A stretch of 64,000 nt of DNA from Polyangiaceae bacterium (GTDB lineage: Bacteria > Myxococcota_A > Polyangia > Polyangiales > Polyangiaceae), in assembly GCA_044222475.1 (NCBI GenBank), contig JBGANF010000024.1, forward strand, positions 13,717 through 77,716. Direction: 5' to 3'. Made by a program: the position numbers and the translations under genes. The notes below the pieces were generated by a model, which was not told the DNA's origin, searched no databases, and was given only the letters and a program-made list of their open reading frames with translations. Shown here piece after piece: positions 22,087 through 31,437 of this stretch (position 1 is the first letter of the stretch; the number at the start of each line of letters is the position of its first letter).

Positions 22087-23144
22087 TGCGCCGCCGGTTG
22101 CTCGCCCGCTTCGCCTCGGCCGCGCTCCTCGCGGGTGCGCTTTTCGGGATCGCTCGCGCCGCACGGGCCGAGACGCCGCCGAACTCGTGGGACATCGTGC
22201 GCGATCCATCGCTCCGCGAGCGCTGGGCGACCCACGTCTACGTCCAGCGTCAGCTCTTCTCGGCCGGCTCGGAGGAGCCGCTCGACCGCAACCGCATGCG
22301 GAGCTTCGCGCTCGACGCAGCGCTGCGCAGCCTTCGCGCGGCGAACGCGGCCACGAGCGACGACGTTCGCCTGCGCTTCGATCTCATGCAGGTGCTGCGC
22401 GAGCGCGACAACCTGCTCCTCGAAAAGCACGACGCCGAGCTGCTCCCCCTCGCGCAGAGCGTGTGCGGTGACGAGCGCGCGACCGATCATCAGCGCTCGA
22501 CCGCCTGCTTCGTGGTCGCCCTCGTCCACGCCAAGGCGGAGCGGACCGAAGAGGAGATCGCGGCGTACGCCGACGTCCTCCGGTTCGAGTCGGATCCGCT
22601 CCAGCGCGGCATCACGGTGATGAACCGCGCCGAAGGATACATGCGTCTCGGGCGGCTCACCGAGGCGATCGAAGGCTACCGCGAGGTGATCGTGATGCTG
22701 AGCCCGCTGTCCCAGCGAGGCGACACGATCACGTCGGCCTACTGGGGGCTCGCGGTCGCGCTCGATCGCTATCGAGACACGCAGGGCGCGCTCGCCGCCG
22801 CGTCGTGGGCCGTGTCGAGCGATCCGGGCCTCTTCCTCGTGTCGCCTGGTCATCGCCCGGGTGAGAACCCGGACGTGTTCTTCGTGCCGGACTACGACGC
22901 GCACTGGTACCGCGCCATCGGCTGGCGCGCGAAGGCGATGTCGCCGGGCGTGCCGGCGCGCGACGTCGCTCGCTACTTGGGCCAGTCTGCGATGGAGTAC
23001 GCGCTCTACGTGGCATCGGCCGAGCGCGCGAAGGACCAGGGCTACCTCGCCGTCGGCAAGGAGCGCCTCGACGCGGTGAAGAAGCTCTACGCCGCCGCGC
23101 AGAAGAAGGTGCCGCCGGTCCCGCCGGACGACTTCAGCTTCTGA
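22083..23144 (+). CDS. TPR-like exported protein
   Basis: ATGA overlap with the upstream gene; signal peptide; NRAEGYMRLG..EAI..Y, YWGLAVALDR. Confidence 0.7.
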   Translation: MMRRRLLARFASAALLAGALFGIARAARAETPPNSWDIVRDPSLRERWATHVYVQRQLFSAGSEEPLDRNRMRSFALDAALRSLRAANAATSDDVRLRFDLMQVLRERDNLLLEKHDAELLPLAQSVCGDERATDHQRSTACFVVALVHAKAERTEEEIAAYADVLRFESDPLQRGITVMNRAEGYMRLGRLTEAIEGYREVIVMLSPLSQRGDTITSAYWGLAVALDRYRDTQGALAAASWAVSSDPGLFLVSPGHRPGENPDVFFVPDYDAHWYRAIGWRAKAMSPGVPARDVARYLGQSAMEYALYVASAERAKDQGYLAVGKERLDAVKKLYAAAQKKVPPVPPDDFSF

Positions 23145-25056
23145 CGCCGAGCCGCTGCTTCGCCGCGGCGAGCTGAGCGTCGAGCGTCTGCGGCGGGAGC
23201 TGGAGCGCCGCGCAGGCCTTCTGCAACGTCTCCATCTCCTTCGCGTCGACCGTTCCGTCGACGAGCGCCGCGCCGATGAGGCCGGCGAGGAACCACTCCG
23301 GCGAAGCCACCGGTCCGGCGTCGGCGACCGTGCCGAGCTTCCCGTCGAGCGCCTTCGCGAGGAGATCTTCCGGGATGCCCCACCGCGACGCGACGAGGGT
23401 GAGGAGCCGCTTCTCGTCGCGTTGAAGCCCGCCGCTGCGCGCCATGAGCTGCGCCATCTGGGTGAAGAGCACCATCCGCTCCCGCGGGTCGCGCACGTCG
23501 GGGACGAGCGCCTCCGAGAGCGCGGCTTGCGTGCCCTGGTGCCGCGGTCGCGCGGAGCCGGCGGGGAGGACCCCGTCGAGGGCCCACACCGTGCCGCTCG
23601 CCACGATCGCGGTCTGGCAGTGGCCGCACTTCGGATCGTCGGTCTCGGTGAGGGGCGCACCGCAGTTGGGACACGTCACCGCGCTCATCGAGAGCTTGGC
23701 GCTCGCGCCGGTCTTGCGCGCGAGCCGCAACATCGTCTGCCGCGGGAACGGCATCGCGTTGCCGCCGTAGCGCGCGGACCAGTAGACGTCGACGTAGGCG
23801 AAGTCTTCCTGTTCGCCTTGCGCCAGATCGACGAAGCGGAGGTTCACGCCGCCGACCGCGATGTCGCGCGCTTGGGCCACCTGGTTCGCGCCATCGCCTC
23901 CGCGTGCCATGAGCGCGTCGGTCGCGCACTTGCGGAGCGGTGCCGGGCTCCCGGTGCGGCCCGATTGGATCCACTTCCAGAACAGGTAGCTCGCGCGGTC
24001 CTCGAGCGTCTCGCGCGTCGTGCCGAGGTCGCTCTCGCGCAACGCCGAGAGTCCGAACACCGGCTCGGCCGACGTCGGGTGCCACTCCTCGAGCTGCGTG
24101 ATCTCGGCCAGGACCCAGTCGAACTCGCCCGAGCAGACCAGCGCCTTGCAGTGCGTGCACGTGACGATCTCGCCGCCGACGGCGTACGGTGCGCCACAGC
24201 TCGGGCACGCGCGCCCGACCTGCGACGGATCGAGCTTCGACTGCGCGCCCTGCTTGCGAACGAGGGTCCAGATTTCCGTGTAGGGTGCAACCGGCGTCCG
24301 AGCGAGCTCGGCTTGGATCTGCTGCGGCGTCGAGTTGAGCGGCACCGTCGCGTCGCGCGCCTGGGCGGTGAAGCGCACGTGGACGATGTCGAAGGGCGGG
24401 TGGCTCTCGACGCCTTCCATCGTGACGTAGAGGACCGCCGTGTCGCTCATGACGTTGCGCACGCCCTCTTGCTGCATGAGCGCGAGCTGGACCTGGAAGC
24501 GGCTGTAGACGCCGTCCGACACGAACGCGCGCGCGGGGCCCATGTTCCCGCCGGTCCACGCGTCGCGCAGCATGTCGCTCATGCGACGCACGCGATCGAC
24601 GATGCTCGCCTCGGTGAGCGTCGGATCACGCTGGCGGAGCGTGTCGATCGACGCGCTCCTTCGGCTGCGCGCCGCTTGATCGAACTGCGCCGACATGATC
24701 GCCGAGCGGACGGCGTTGTTCTGCCGTTTGCCCGAGTTCGCGGCGATGCTCACGATGACGACGACGATGCCGATGAGGAAGAGCACCGCGAGGCCGCCGG
24801 CGCTCATCGAGCCGCCGCCGCCGCCGGAAGAACCACCGGAGCGGTACGACCCGCCGCCGGAGTAGCCGCCACCGGAGTAGCCGCCGCCGCCGCGCGAGCC
24901 GCCGCCGCCACCACCACCGCCGCTGTAGTTCTGGCCGCCGCCGGGCCGAAGCTCCGCCACCGACGTCACCGCGGCCGAGACGACCGGCGCGACGGAGACG
25001 ACGGCGAACGAGAGCGCGAAGACGAGGGCGAGCCGTTGCAGCAGGCGGTGCCACAT
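23134..25056 (-). CDS. Membrane protein with tandem Tim44-like + zinc-ribbon units and a TerB-like C-terminus
   Basis: Signal, RPGGGQ.Y Gly-rich linker, TM; E.WTLVR; CPSCGAP..CTHC and CPNCGAP..CGHC; ALVDG.VD.KE. Confidence 0.8.
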   Translation of the reverse strand: MWHRLLQRLALVFALSFAVVSVAPVVSAAVTSVAELRPGGGQNYSGGGGGGGGSRGGGGYSGGGYSGGGSYRSGGSSGGGGGSMSAGGLAVLFLIGIVVVIVSIAANSGKRQNNAVRSAIMSAQFDQAARSRRSASIDTLRQRDPTLTEASIVDRVRRMSDMLRDAWTGGNMGPARAFVSDGVYSRFQVQLALMQQEGVRNVMSDTAVLYVTMEGVESHPPFDIVHVRFTAQARDATVPLNSTPQQIQAELARTPVAPYTEIWTLVRKQGAQSKLDPSQVGRACPSCGAPYAVGGEIVTCTHCKALVCSGEFDWVLAEITQLEEWHPTSAEPVFGLSALRESDLGTTRETLEDRASYLFWKWIQSGRTGSPAPLRKCATDALMARGGDGANQVAQARDIAVGGVNLRFVDLAQGEQEDFAYVDVYWSARYGGNAMPFPRQTMLRLARKTGASAKLSMSAVTCPNCGAPLTETDDPKCGHCQTAIVASGTVWALDGVLPAGSARPRHQGTQAALSEALVPDVRDPRERMVLFTQMAQLMARSGGLQRDEKRLLTLVASRWGIPEDLLAKALDGKLGTVADAGPVASPEWFLAGLIGAALVDGTVDAKEMETLQKACAALQLPPQTLDAQLAAAKQRLGVRS

Positions 25057-25093
25057 GGCGGCGGTTTTACCGCACTTGTCCGTCACTTGTCCC

Positions 25094-26272
25094 TCACTTC
25101 ACGGGGAAAAGCTGCCGGTTCTGCCACGACGGGAGCTTGCGCATGTCGGCCCAGACCTCCCGCGCGGAGGTGTAGCGGTACGCGTCGCGCCGGCGGAGCA
25201 TCTTCGAGATGAGCTCCCCGAGCGGCGTTCCGATCGAATCGGCGAGCTTTCGCGGATGCCCGTCGGCGACGATGCGCACGATGTCGTCGTAGGGGACTCC
25301 GGCCGGGATCGCCGGCGCGCCGGTGAGCATCCAGTAGAGGAGGAGCCCGCACTGGTAGATGTCGCTCTGCTTGCTCGTGTAGCCGCTCGCCACGACCTCG
25401 GGCGCCATGATCAGGTGGTGCACGACGTTCGGGCGGATCGCCGACATCCCGCGAAGCTCGTGGCTGATGCCGAAGTCGCTGATCTTCACGATCGGTCGAT
25501 CGACCGAGTGCGAGATGAGCACGTTGCCGGGGTGGAGATCGTCGTGGACGATGTCGTTGTCGTGGAGGAACTGGACGGCGGCGAGGAGCTGGCGTCCGAG
25601 CTCGAGCACGAGCCCCTCTTGCATGGGCGCGCCGAGCATGTCCTTCAGCGCGTGGTCGCACTTCTCGAGCGCCATGTAGAAGAGGTGAGAGAGCTCGAAC
25701 GCGTCGTAGATGTAGACGATGTTCGGGTGGCGAAGCGACGTGAGCCGCTGCGTCTCTCGGGCCCACTCGCCGTACACCTCGGCGTACGGCCGGTTCGCGG
25801 GGCGAATGACCTTCACCGCGTAGACCTGGTCGAACGGCCCGAGGCACTCGTAGACGGCGCCGAACTCTCCGCTGCCGAGGACGCGGAGCACCTCGTACTC
25901 GCCCTTGCCCGCGGTCAAGCGGGAGCCGACTTGCGGATACTGGACGGTGATGCGCTTGCCGGCGGGTCGCGGAGCGGTCGCGGCTGCGGCGACGGCGGCG
26001 GCAGCGGGGACGAGCACCTGTCCCGTCGCAGACACGGCCGGAAATTGCGACGACTGCGTCGGGGCTGCGGTGATCGGCACTGCGGGGGTCGGAATCGCCT
26101 GCGTGTTCTCGAGCGGGAGGCTCGGCTGAGACACCGGCGCCATCGGCAGCGCGGGCGTGTTCATCCGCGGGCGCATCGGACCGCTTTCGTCGGGCCTCGT
26201 GGGCGGGGTCGAGGCGGCCCCGGCGTTGGGCGGAAACGGAGGACGGTCGTTCACGTCCTTCTTTAGTACCAT
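25094..26272 (-). CDS. Ser/Thr protein kinase-like protein (non-RD)
   Basis: LGSGEFGAVY, AVK, HPNIV, HDDLHPGN, DFG, APE, SDIY. Confidence 0.9.
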   Translation of the reverse strand: MVLKKDVNDRPPFPPNAGAASTPPTRPDESGPMRPRMNTPALPMAPVSQPSLPLENTQAIPTPAVPITAAPTQSSQFPAVSATGQVLVPAAAAVAAAATAPRPAGKRITVQYPQVGSRLTAGKGEYEVLRVLGSGEFGAVYECLGPFDQVYAVKVIRPANRPYAEVYGEWARETQRLTSLRHPNIVYIYDAFELSHLFYMALEKCDHALKDMLGAPMQEGLVLELGRQLLAAVQFLHDNDIVHDDLHPGNVLISHSVDRPIVKISDFGISHELRGMSAIRPNVVHHLIMAPEVVASGYTSKQSDIYQCGLLLYWMLTGAPAIPAGVPYDDIVRIVADGHPRKLADSIGTPLGELISKMLRRRDAYRYTSAREVWADMRKLPSWQNRQLFPVK

Positions 26273-26281
26273 GCCTTACCC

Positions 26282-28966
26282 ATGATGCGGACCCGTACGG
26301 CGGAACACCGGCGACTCGAAGAAGCTCGCGAAGGAAAAAAGTGGCGCCGGTGGGGTCCGTACCTCAGCGAGCGGCACTGGGGAACGGTGCGCGAGGATTA
26401 CTCGGCGAGCGGCGACGCGTGGGCGTATCTCCCGTTCGAGCACGCCCACCTGCGCACGTACCGGTGGGGCGAGGACGGCTTGCTCGGGCTCTCCGACAAC
26501 CGCGGTCTGGTCAATTTCGCGGTCGCGCTGTGGAACGGTCGCGACCCGATCCTCAAGGAGCGCCTGTTCGGGCTGTCCAACCCGGAGGGCAACCACGGCG
26601 AGGACGTGAAGGAGCTCTACTACTACCTCGACGCCACGCCGACGCACTCGTATGGGCGTGCACTCTACAAGTATCCGCACGCACGCTTCCCCTACGAGGA
26701 GCTCCGTCGCGCGGCGCGCGAAGCTGGCCGCGATGGCGCCGAGCCGGAGCTCGCGGACCTCGGCGTGTTCGACGGCGACGCATACTTCGACGTCGAGATC
26801 GAGCACGCGAAAGCGGACACGGACGATCTCCTCATCCGCCTGACGATCACCAACCGGGGGCCGAAGTCGACGATCGAGGTCCTGCCGACGCTGTGGTTCC
26901 GCAACACCTGGGGCTTCGGCGGGACGGAGCCCAAGCCCTCGCTGAAGAAGGTCGCGGACGACATCGTCCTGCTCGAGCAAGAGCACCTCGGCGAGCGCTG
27001 GTTCGTCGCCGACCTCTTCGGCGACGCCGAGCTGCTCTTCACCGAGAACGAGTCGAACAAGCAAGCCCTGTGGGGAGTGAAGAACGACGCCGCCTACACG
27101 AAGGACGCGTTCCATCGCTACGTCATCGACAAGGACAAGACGGCGGTGAACCCGGCCGGTACCGGCACCAAGTGCGCGGTGCGCTATCCGCTCACGCTGG
27201 AGACGGGCGAGGCGATCACGCTGCGCTTTCGCCTCACCGACGATCGCATCGCTCACTCGCGCGACGCGCTCGCCGAGTTCGACACCGTGTTCGACCAGCG
27301 CATCGCCGAGGGCGACGCGTTCTGGGAGACGACCATGCCCGAGAGCCTCGGCGAGGACGAGCGCCTCGTCTACCGCCAGGCGTGCGCTGGGCTCCTCTAC
27401 TCGAAGCAGTTCTACCACTTCGACATCGAGCGCTGGTTGCGTGGCGATCCCGGTCAGCCGCCTCCGCCGCGCGAGCGTCGAAAGGGGAAGAACGCGGAGT
27501 GGACGCACCTCTTCAACAGCGAGGTGCTGTCGATGCCGGACAAGTGGGAGTACCCCTGGTACGCCGCGTGGGACACGGCGTTCCACACGATCCCGATCGC
27601 GCTCTTCGACGCCGAGCTCGCCAAGGGCCAGCTCGCGCTGCTCCTGCGCGAGTGGTACATGCACCCGAACGGCCAGGTCCCCGCGTACGAGTGGGCCTTC
27701 GGCGACGTGAACCCACCGGTGCACGCGTGGGCGGCGCTGCGCGTCTACCAGATCGAGCGGCGCACGACCGGCCGCTCCGACCGAGCGTTCCTCGAGACGG
27801 TGTTCCACAAGCTGATGCTCAACTTCACCTGGTGGGTGAACCGGAAGGACGCGAACGGTCGCAACGTCTTCCAGGGCGGCTTCATGGGGCTCGACAACAT
27901 CGGCGTCATCGACCGGCAGGCGAAGCTGCCTCCCGGCACGGTACTCGAGCAGGCCGACGCGACGAGCTGGATGGGGATGTACTGCCTCAACCTGCTCGAG
28001 ATCGCGCTGGAGCTCGCGCGCGAGAACCGCAGCTACCAGGACGTCGCGAACAAGTTCTTCGAGCACTTCCTCTACATCGCGAAGGCCATCAACTCCGCCG
28101 ACGACGGGCCGGGGCTGTGGGACGAGGACGACGGGTTCTACTACGACTGCCTCACGACCCACGGCCGTCGCACGCCGATGCGCGTGCGGTCGATGGTCGG
28201 GCTCGTCCCGCTCTTCGCGGTGAGCACGCTCGAGGCCGACGCGTTCGAGCGTTACCCCGAGTTCGGGAAGCGCGTTCGCTGGTTCCTCGCCAACCGACCG
28301 GAGCTGGGCGAGGGCATCGCGTCGATCCACGACAAGGGCTCGGCGGCGCGCAGGCTCCTCGCGCTCGTCGATCGGCCGCGGCTCGTCCGGATCCTCGCGC
28401 GGCTGCTCGACGAGACGGAGTTCTTGTCCCCATTTGGGATCCGCGGGCTATCGCGCGCCCACGCGCGCGAGCCGTTCGAGATCCGAGTCGACGGCTCGGT
28501 CCATCGCATCGCCTACGAGCCAGGCGACTCGGAGAGCGGCATGTTCGGCGGCAACTCGAACTGGCGCGGGCCGGTGTGGTTCCCGGTGAACTACCTCATC
28601 ATCGAAGCGCTCCAGCGCTTCCACCACTTCTACGGCGACTCGCTCCGCGTCGAGTGTCCGCGCGGCTCGGGTCAGTTCATGAACCTGTGGGAGGTGTCGG
28701 CCGAGCTCTCGCGTCGCATGGTCGCGCTCTTCTTGCGTGACTCGTCCGGGCGGCGGCCGGCGTTCGGAGACTCGAAGCTCCTGCAGGACCACCCCGGCTT
28801 TCGCGACAACGTCCTGTTCTACGAGTTCTTCCACGGCGACACCGGGCGCGGGCTCGGCGCCGCGCACCAGACCGGGTGGACGGCGCTCGTCGCGAAGCTC
28901 ATCCAGCAGAGCCCGCTGTGGAGCGGCAAGTGGGACGAGGAGCGGTCGAGGATGATCCGCGTCTGA
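26282..28966 (+). CDS. Glycoside hydrolase family 63-like glucosidase
   Basis: WGPYLSER.WGTVREDYS, SMPDKWEYPWYAAWD, FGGNSNWRGPVW, HQTGWT. Confidence 0.92.
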   Translation: MMRTRTAEHRRLEEAREGKKWRRWGPYLSERHWGTVREDYSASGDAWAYLPFEHAHLRTYRWGEDGLLGLSDNRGLVNFAVALWNGRDPILKERLFGLSNPEGNHGEDVKELYYYLDATPTHSYGRALYKYPHARFPYEELRRAAREAGRDGAEPELADLGVFDGDAYFDVEIEHAKADTDDLLIRLTITNRGPKSTIEVLPTLWFRNTWGFGGTEPKPSLKKVADDIVLLEQEHLGERWFVADLFGDAELLFTENESNKQALWGVKNDAAYTKDAFHRYVIDKDKTAVNPAGTGTKCAVRYPLTLETGEAITLRFRLTDDRIAHSRDALAEFDTVFDQRIAEGDAFWETTMPESLGEDERLVYRQACAGLLYSKQFYHFDIERWLRGDPGQPPPPRERRKGKNAEWTHLFNSEVLSMPDKWEYPWYAAWDTAFHTIPIALFDAELAKGQLALLLREWYMHPNGQVPAYEWAFGDVNPPVHAWAALRVYQIERRTTGRSDRAFLETVFHKLMLNFTWWVNRKDANGRNVFQGGFMGLDNIGVIDRQAKLPPGTVLEQADATSWMGMYCLNLLEIALELARENRSYQDVANKFFEHFLYIAKAINSADDGPGLWDEDDGFYYDCLTTHGRRTPMRVRSMVGLVPLFAVSTLEADAFERYPEFGKRVRWFLANRPELGEGIASIHDKGSAARRLLALVDRPRLVRILARLLDETEFLSPFGIRGLSRAHAREPFEIRVDGSVHRIAYEPGDSESGMFGGNSNWRGPVWFPVNYLIIEALQRFHHFYGDSLRVECPRGSGQFMNLWEVSAELSRRMVALFLRDSSGRRPAFGDSKLLQDHPGFRDNVLFYEFFHGDTGRGLGAAHQTGWTALVAKLIQQSPLWSGKWDEERSRMIRV

Positions 28967-28970
28967 CCGA

Positions 28971-29918
28971 TCACTGGCGCTTCAGGAGGAAGGTCGCCAC
29001 TGGCGTGAAGATCTTCTCCTGAGCGCCCTCCGACAGGAACAGATCGGCGTGGGCGATGGGGCGCGGGCCTCCACCGACGACGAGGAGCTCCTTGTCGGGG
29101 CTGGCGATGTGCTCGTAGACGGCTCTCGCGGTGCGCTCGGGTACGACGCCGTCGTCCTTGGCGACCACGCAGAGCAGCGGATGCTTCATCCCGCGCAGCT
29201 TCGCCGACACGTCGACGCCGCGGACGATCAGGCTCCGCTGCTCGATCCAGCGCGCGATCTGGAGGTTCACCTTCGGGTTGGGATCTTCGACCGTCTGCAC
29301 CATCTCGTCCGACCGCGAGAGATCGGTCGATCGCGCGTTGATGTAGAAGGAGAGGAGCTGCGGCGCGACCTTCGCCACGCCCGGGAGCGCGATGCGCGCG
29401 AGGTCACGCGTGCGTCGCATCTCGACCTTGCTCGCCAGCCACGGCGACGCGAAGGCGACGCGGAGGAGGGGATGCACGTCGACCCAGGTCACCAGCCCTC
29501 CGTACGACACGACGGAGTGCACTGGAGCGTCCGGGCGATGCGCGAGGTAGATGAACGAGAGCGCGGTGCCGAGGCTGCAACCGATGAGGTCGACTTGGTC
29601 CGCTCCGGTGTGCTTGCGCACGAAGTCGACGGCGACCGGCAGGTCTTCGAGCGCGAGCTCGGCGAGCCCGAAGCGCTTCGTGGCGCCCTTGCTCTTTCCC
29701 TGGCCCCGGAGCTCGACGCTCCAGACGTCGAGCCCCCGCGCTGCGAGCGACTCCTCGAGCGACGGACCCTGCGGGTGGAAGCCGAAGACGAACGCGTTCA
29801 TCCCGTACCCGGGCACCAGCAGCACCGGCCGCCCGCGCCCCTCGCCGGCGACGCGCTTCAACGCGAGCTCCTGCCCGTACCCATTTGGGACGAAGAAGAC
29901 TTCCTCTGCGACCGTCAC
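28971..29918 (-). CDS. Alpha/beta-fold hydrolase
   Basis: VPGYG oxyanion loop, ELRGQG, GCSLG (GxSxG), DGVVP, HADLF; GTGA overlap with the upstream gene. Confidence 0.85.
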   Translation of the reverse strand: MTVAEEVFFVPNGYGQELALKRVAGEGRGRPVLLVPGYGMNAFVFGFHPQGPSLEESLAARGLDVWSVELRGQGKSKGATKRFGLAELALEDLPVAVDFVRKHTGADQVDLIGCSLGTALSFIYLAHRPDAPVHSVVSYGGLVTWVDVHPLLRVAFASPWLASKVEMRRTRDLARIALPGVAKVAPQLLSFYINARSTDLSRSDEMVQTVEDPNPKVNLQIARWIEQRSLIVRGVDVSAKLRGMKHPLLCVVAKDDGVVPERTARAVYEHIASPDKELLVVGGGPRPIAHADLFLSEGAQEKIFTPVATFLLKRQ

Positions 29919-31090
29919 CGTTGCCTCGCGAGCACGACGAACTTCAGATAGCGCCCTTCGGGCCACGCCGGAAGGGTGGGGTGGTCGGGAGGGGGACCGT
30001 GGGCCTCGAGCACCGAGAGCTCGATCGCGGTCGCCTCGTCGTCGAGGGTCGCGAGGAACGCGTCCATCGCGACGTGGCTCGAGCACGATGACGCGCACAG
30101 GATCCCGTCTTTCGCGAGAACGGCCGCGCACGCGCGGTGGAGCGTCCGGTACGCGGCCAGCGCGCGGGGGCGGCTGCGCTCGTTGGGCGCGAAGCTCGGC
30201 GGATCGCTGATGACGAGATCGAACGAGCGACCATTCTTCCGCGCGCTCTCCAGGAACGCGAACGCATCGGCGGCCACGAACTCGTGCGCGGACGGATCGA
30301 CGCCGGCCTCGCGGAAGCTCTTCTGAGCGGTCGAGTGCGCGCGCGCTGCGATGTCGACGCTGGTGACTCGCGTCGCGCCGCCGAGCGCCGCGTGGAGCGA
30401 GAATCCTCCCGCGTACGAGAACAGGTTGAGCACGCGCTTGCCGCGGGCGAGCGCGCCGACGCGGCGCCGGTTCTCGCGCTGGTCGAGGAACGCGCCGGTC
30501 TTCTGGCCTTTCGCCAGATCGACGACGAACGGAACGCCGTGCTCGCGCACCGCGATCTCGTCGGGCGGCGGCGCTCCGGCGAGGACGGTGAAGCGCGGCG
30601 CGTCGCCTTTCTCGGCCGTGCGATGGACGAAGCTGCGAAAGCGGTCGCCGGTCACCGCGCGGAACGCGGCGGCGAGCTCGGGCGCGGCGGCGAGTGCGGC
30701 GCCGCCGTCGGTGCGGAGCACGGCGACGTCGGCGTAGGCGTCGACGACGAACCCGGGCAGACGGTCGCCCTCGCCGTGCAGCAGGCGGAACGCAGTGGTT
30801 TCGCCGCCAGCGAAGAGAACGTCGCGGACGCGCAGCGCCTGCGCGATGCGCTTCGCGAAGAGGGTGCCGTCGATGGCCACGTCGCCGTGGGTGAAGACGC
30901 GCGCGGCGATCGGCTCGGCGAGGGCGACCAGCGCCCGTCCGATGATCGAACGGTCGGGCGCCACGAGACGCGCCTCTGCGCCCGGCGGAGCTTCAGCGGC
31001 CCGCGCGATCTGCTCGCGGTAGAGCCACGGGTGGCCGCGGCGGAGAGGCTCGACGGCGGTCGGTTTCACCTGGATGTCGATCAGCGGCAC
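29915..31090 (-). CDS. rlmI: RlmI-like SAM-dependent rRNA methyltransferase
   Basis: GHPWLY (PUA), GEGD.LPG..VD.Y, GQKTG.FLDQRENR, VLNLFSY.GGF, DPPSF. Confidence 0.85.
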   Translation of the reverse strand: MPLIDIQVKPTAVEPLRRGHPWLYREQIARAAEAPPGAEARLVAPDRSIIGRALVALAEPIAARVFTHGDVAIDGTLFAKRIAQALRVRDVLFAGGETTAFRLLHGEGDRLPGFVVDAYADVAVLRTDGGAALAAAPELAAAFRAVTGDRFRSFVHRTAEKGDAPRFTVLAGAPPPDEIAVREHGVPFVVDLAKGQKTGAFLDQRENRRRVGALARGKRVLNLFSYAGGFSLHAALGGATRVTSVDIAARAHSTAQKSFREAGVDPSAHEFVAADAFAFLESARKNGRSFDLVISDPPSFAPNERSRPRALAAYRTLHRACAAVLAKDGILCASSCSSHVAMDAFLATLDDEATAIELSVLEAHGPPPDHPTLPAWPEGRYLKFVVLARQR

Positions 31091-31209
31091 GTCGAGCTTG
31101 TCCTACACGGTGGGATACATCGTCGCTTGGCGGGGGTGGGTTGCCGTGATTTCGCTGTGCCACCATGACACACCTATGCGGATTGTCGGGCGTCGATGTC
31201 GTGCACACA

Positions 31210-31238
31210 TTGACGAGTGGCCCGGAGAACGCTGGAAT
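31210..31238 (+). promoter_or_regulatory. Candidate sigma70 promoter
   Basis: TTGACG-17 bp-TGGAAT in a lower-GC divergent intergenic region. Confidence 0.45.
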
Positions 31239-31437
31239 GTCCGAAGCATCCAAGCGTGCACGGCATTTGCTTCATACCGCTTCACCACCGCACCCGACGC
31301 ATCAGGTGTTCATGAACGTGCGGTGACCCCTTTTCGGATCTCGTTCCCACACAAGCGCAGATGATTGCGCCTCGAGCGCAGACGGATGTTGCACCGGCGA
31401 GCCATCGGTTCGTCGAAAGGACACTGGTTCAAGGACC

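Noticed and set aside
28971..29918. PHA synthase PhaC
   Set aside because: The elbow is G-C-S-L-G with Ser at the nucleophile position, not GxCxG
31091..31437. tRNA or ncRNA in the lower-GC intergenic region (tRNA-Gln often precedes prs)
   Set aside because: No cloverleaf or T-loop/CCA seen here or directly before prs; explained as a divergent promoter region
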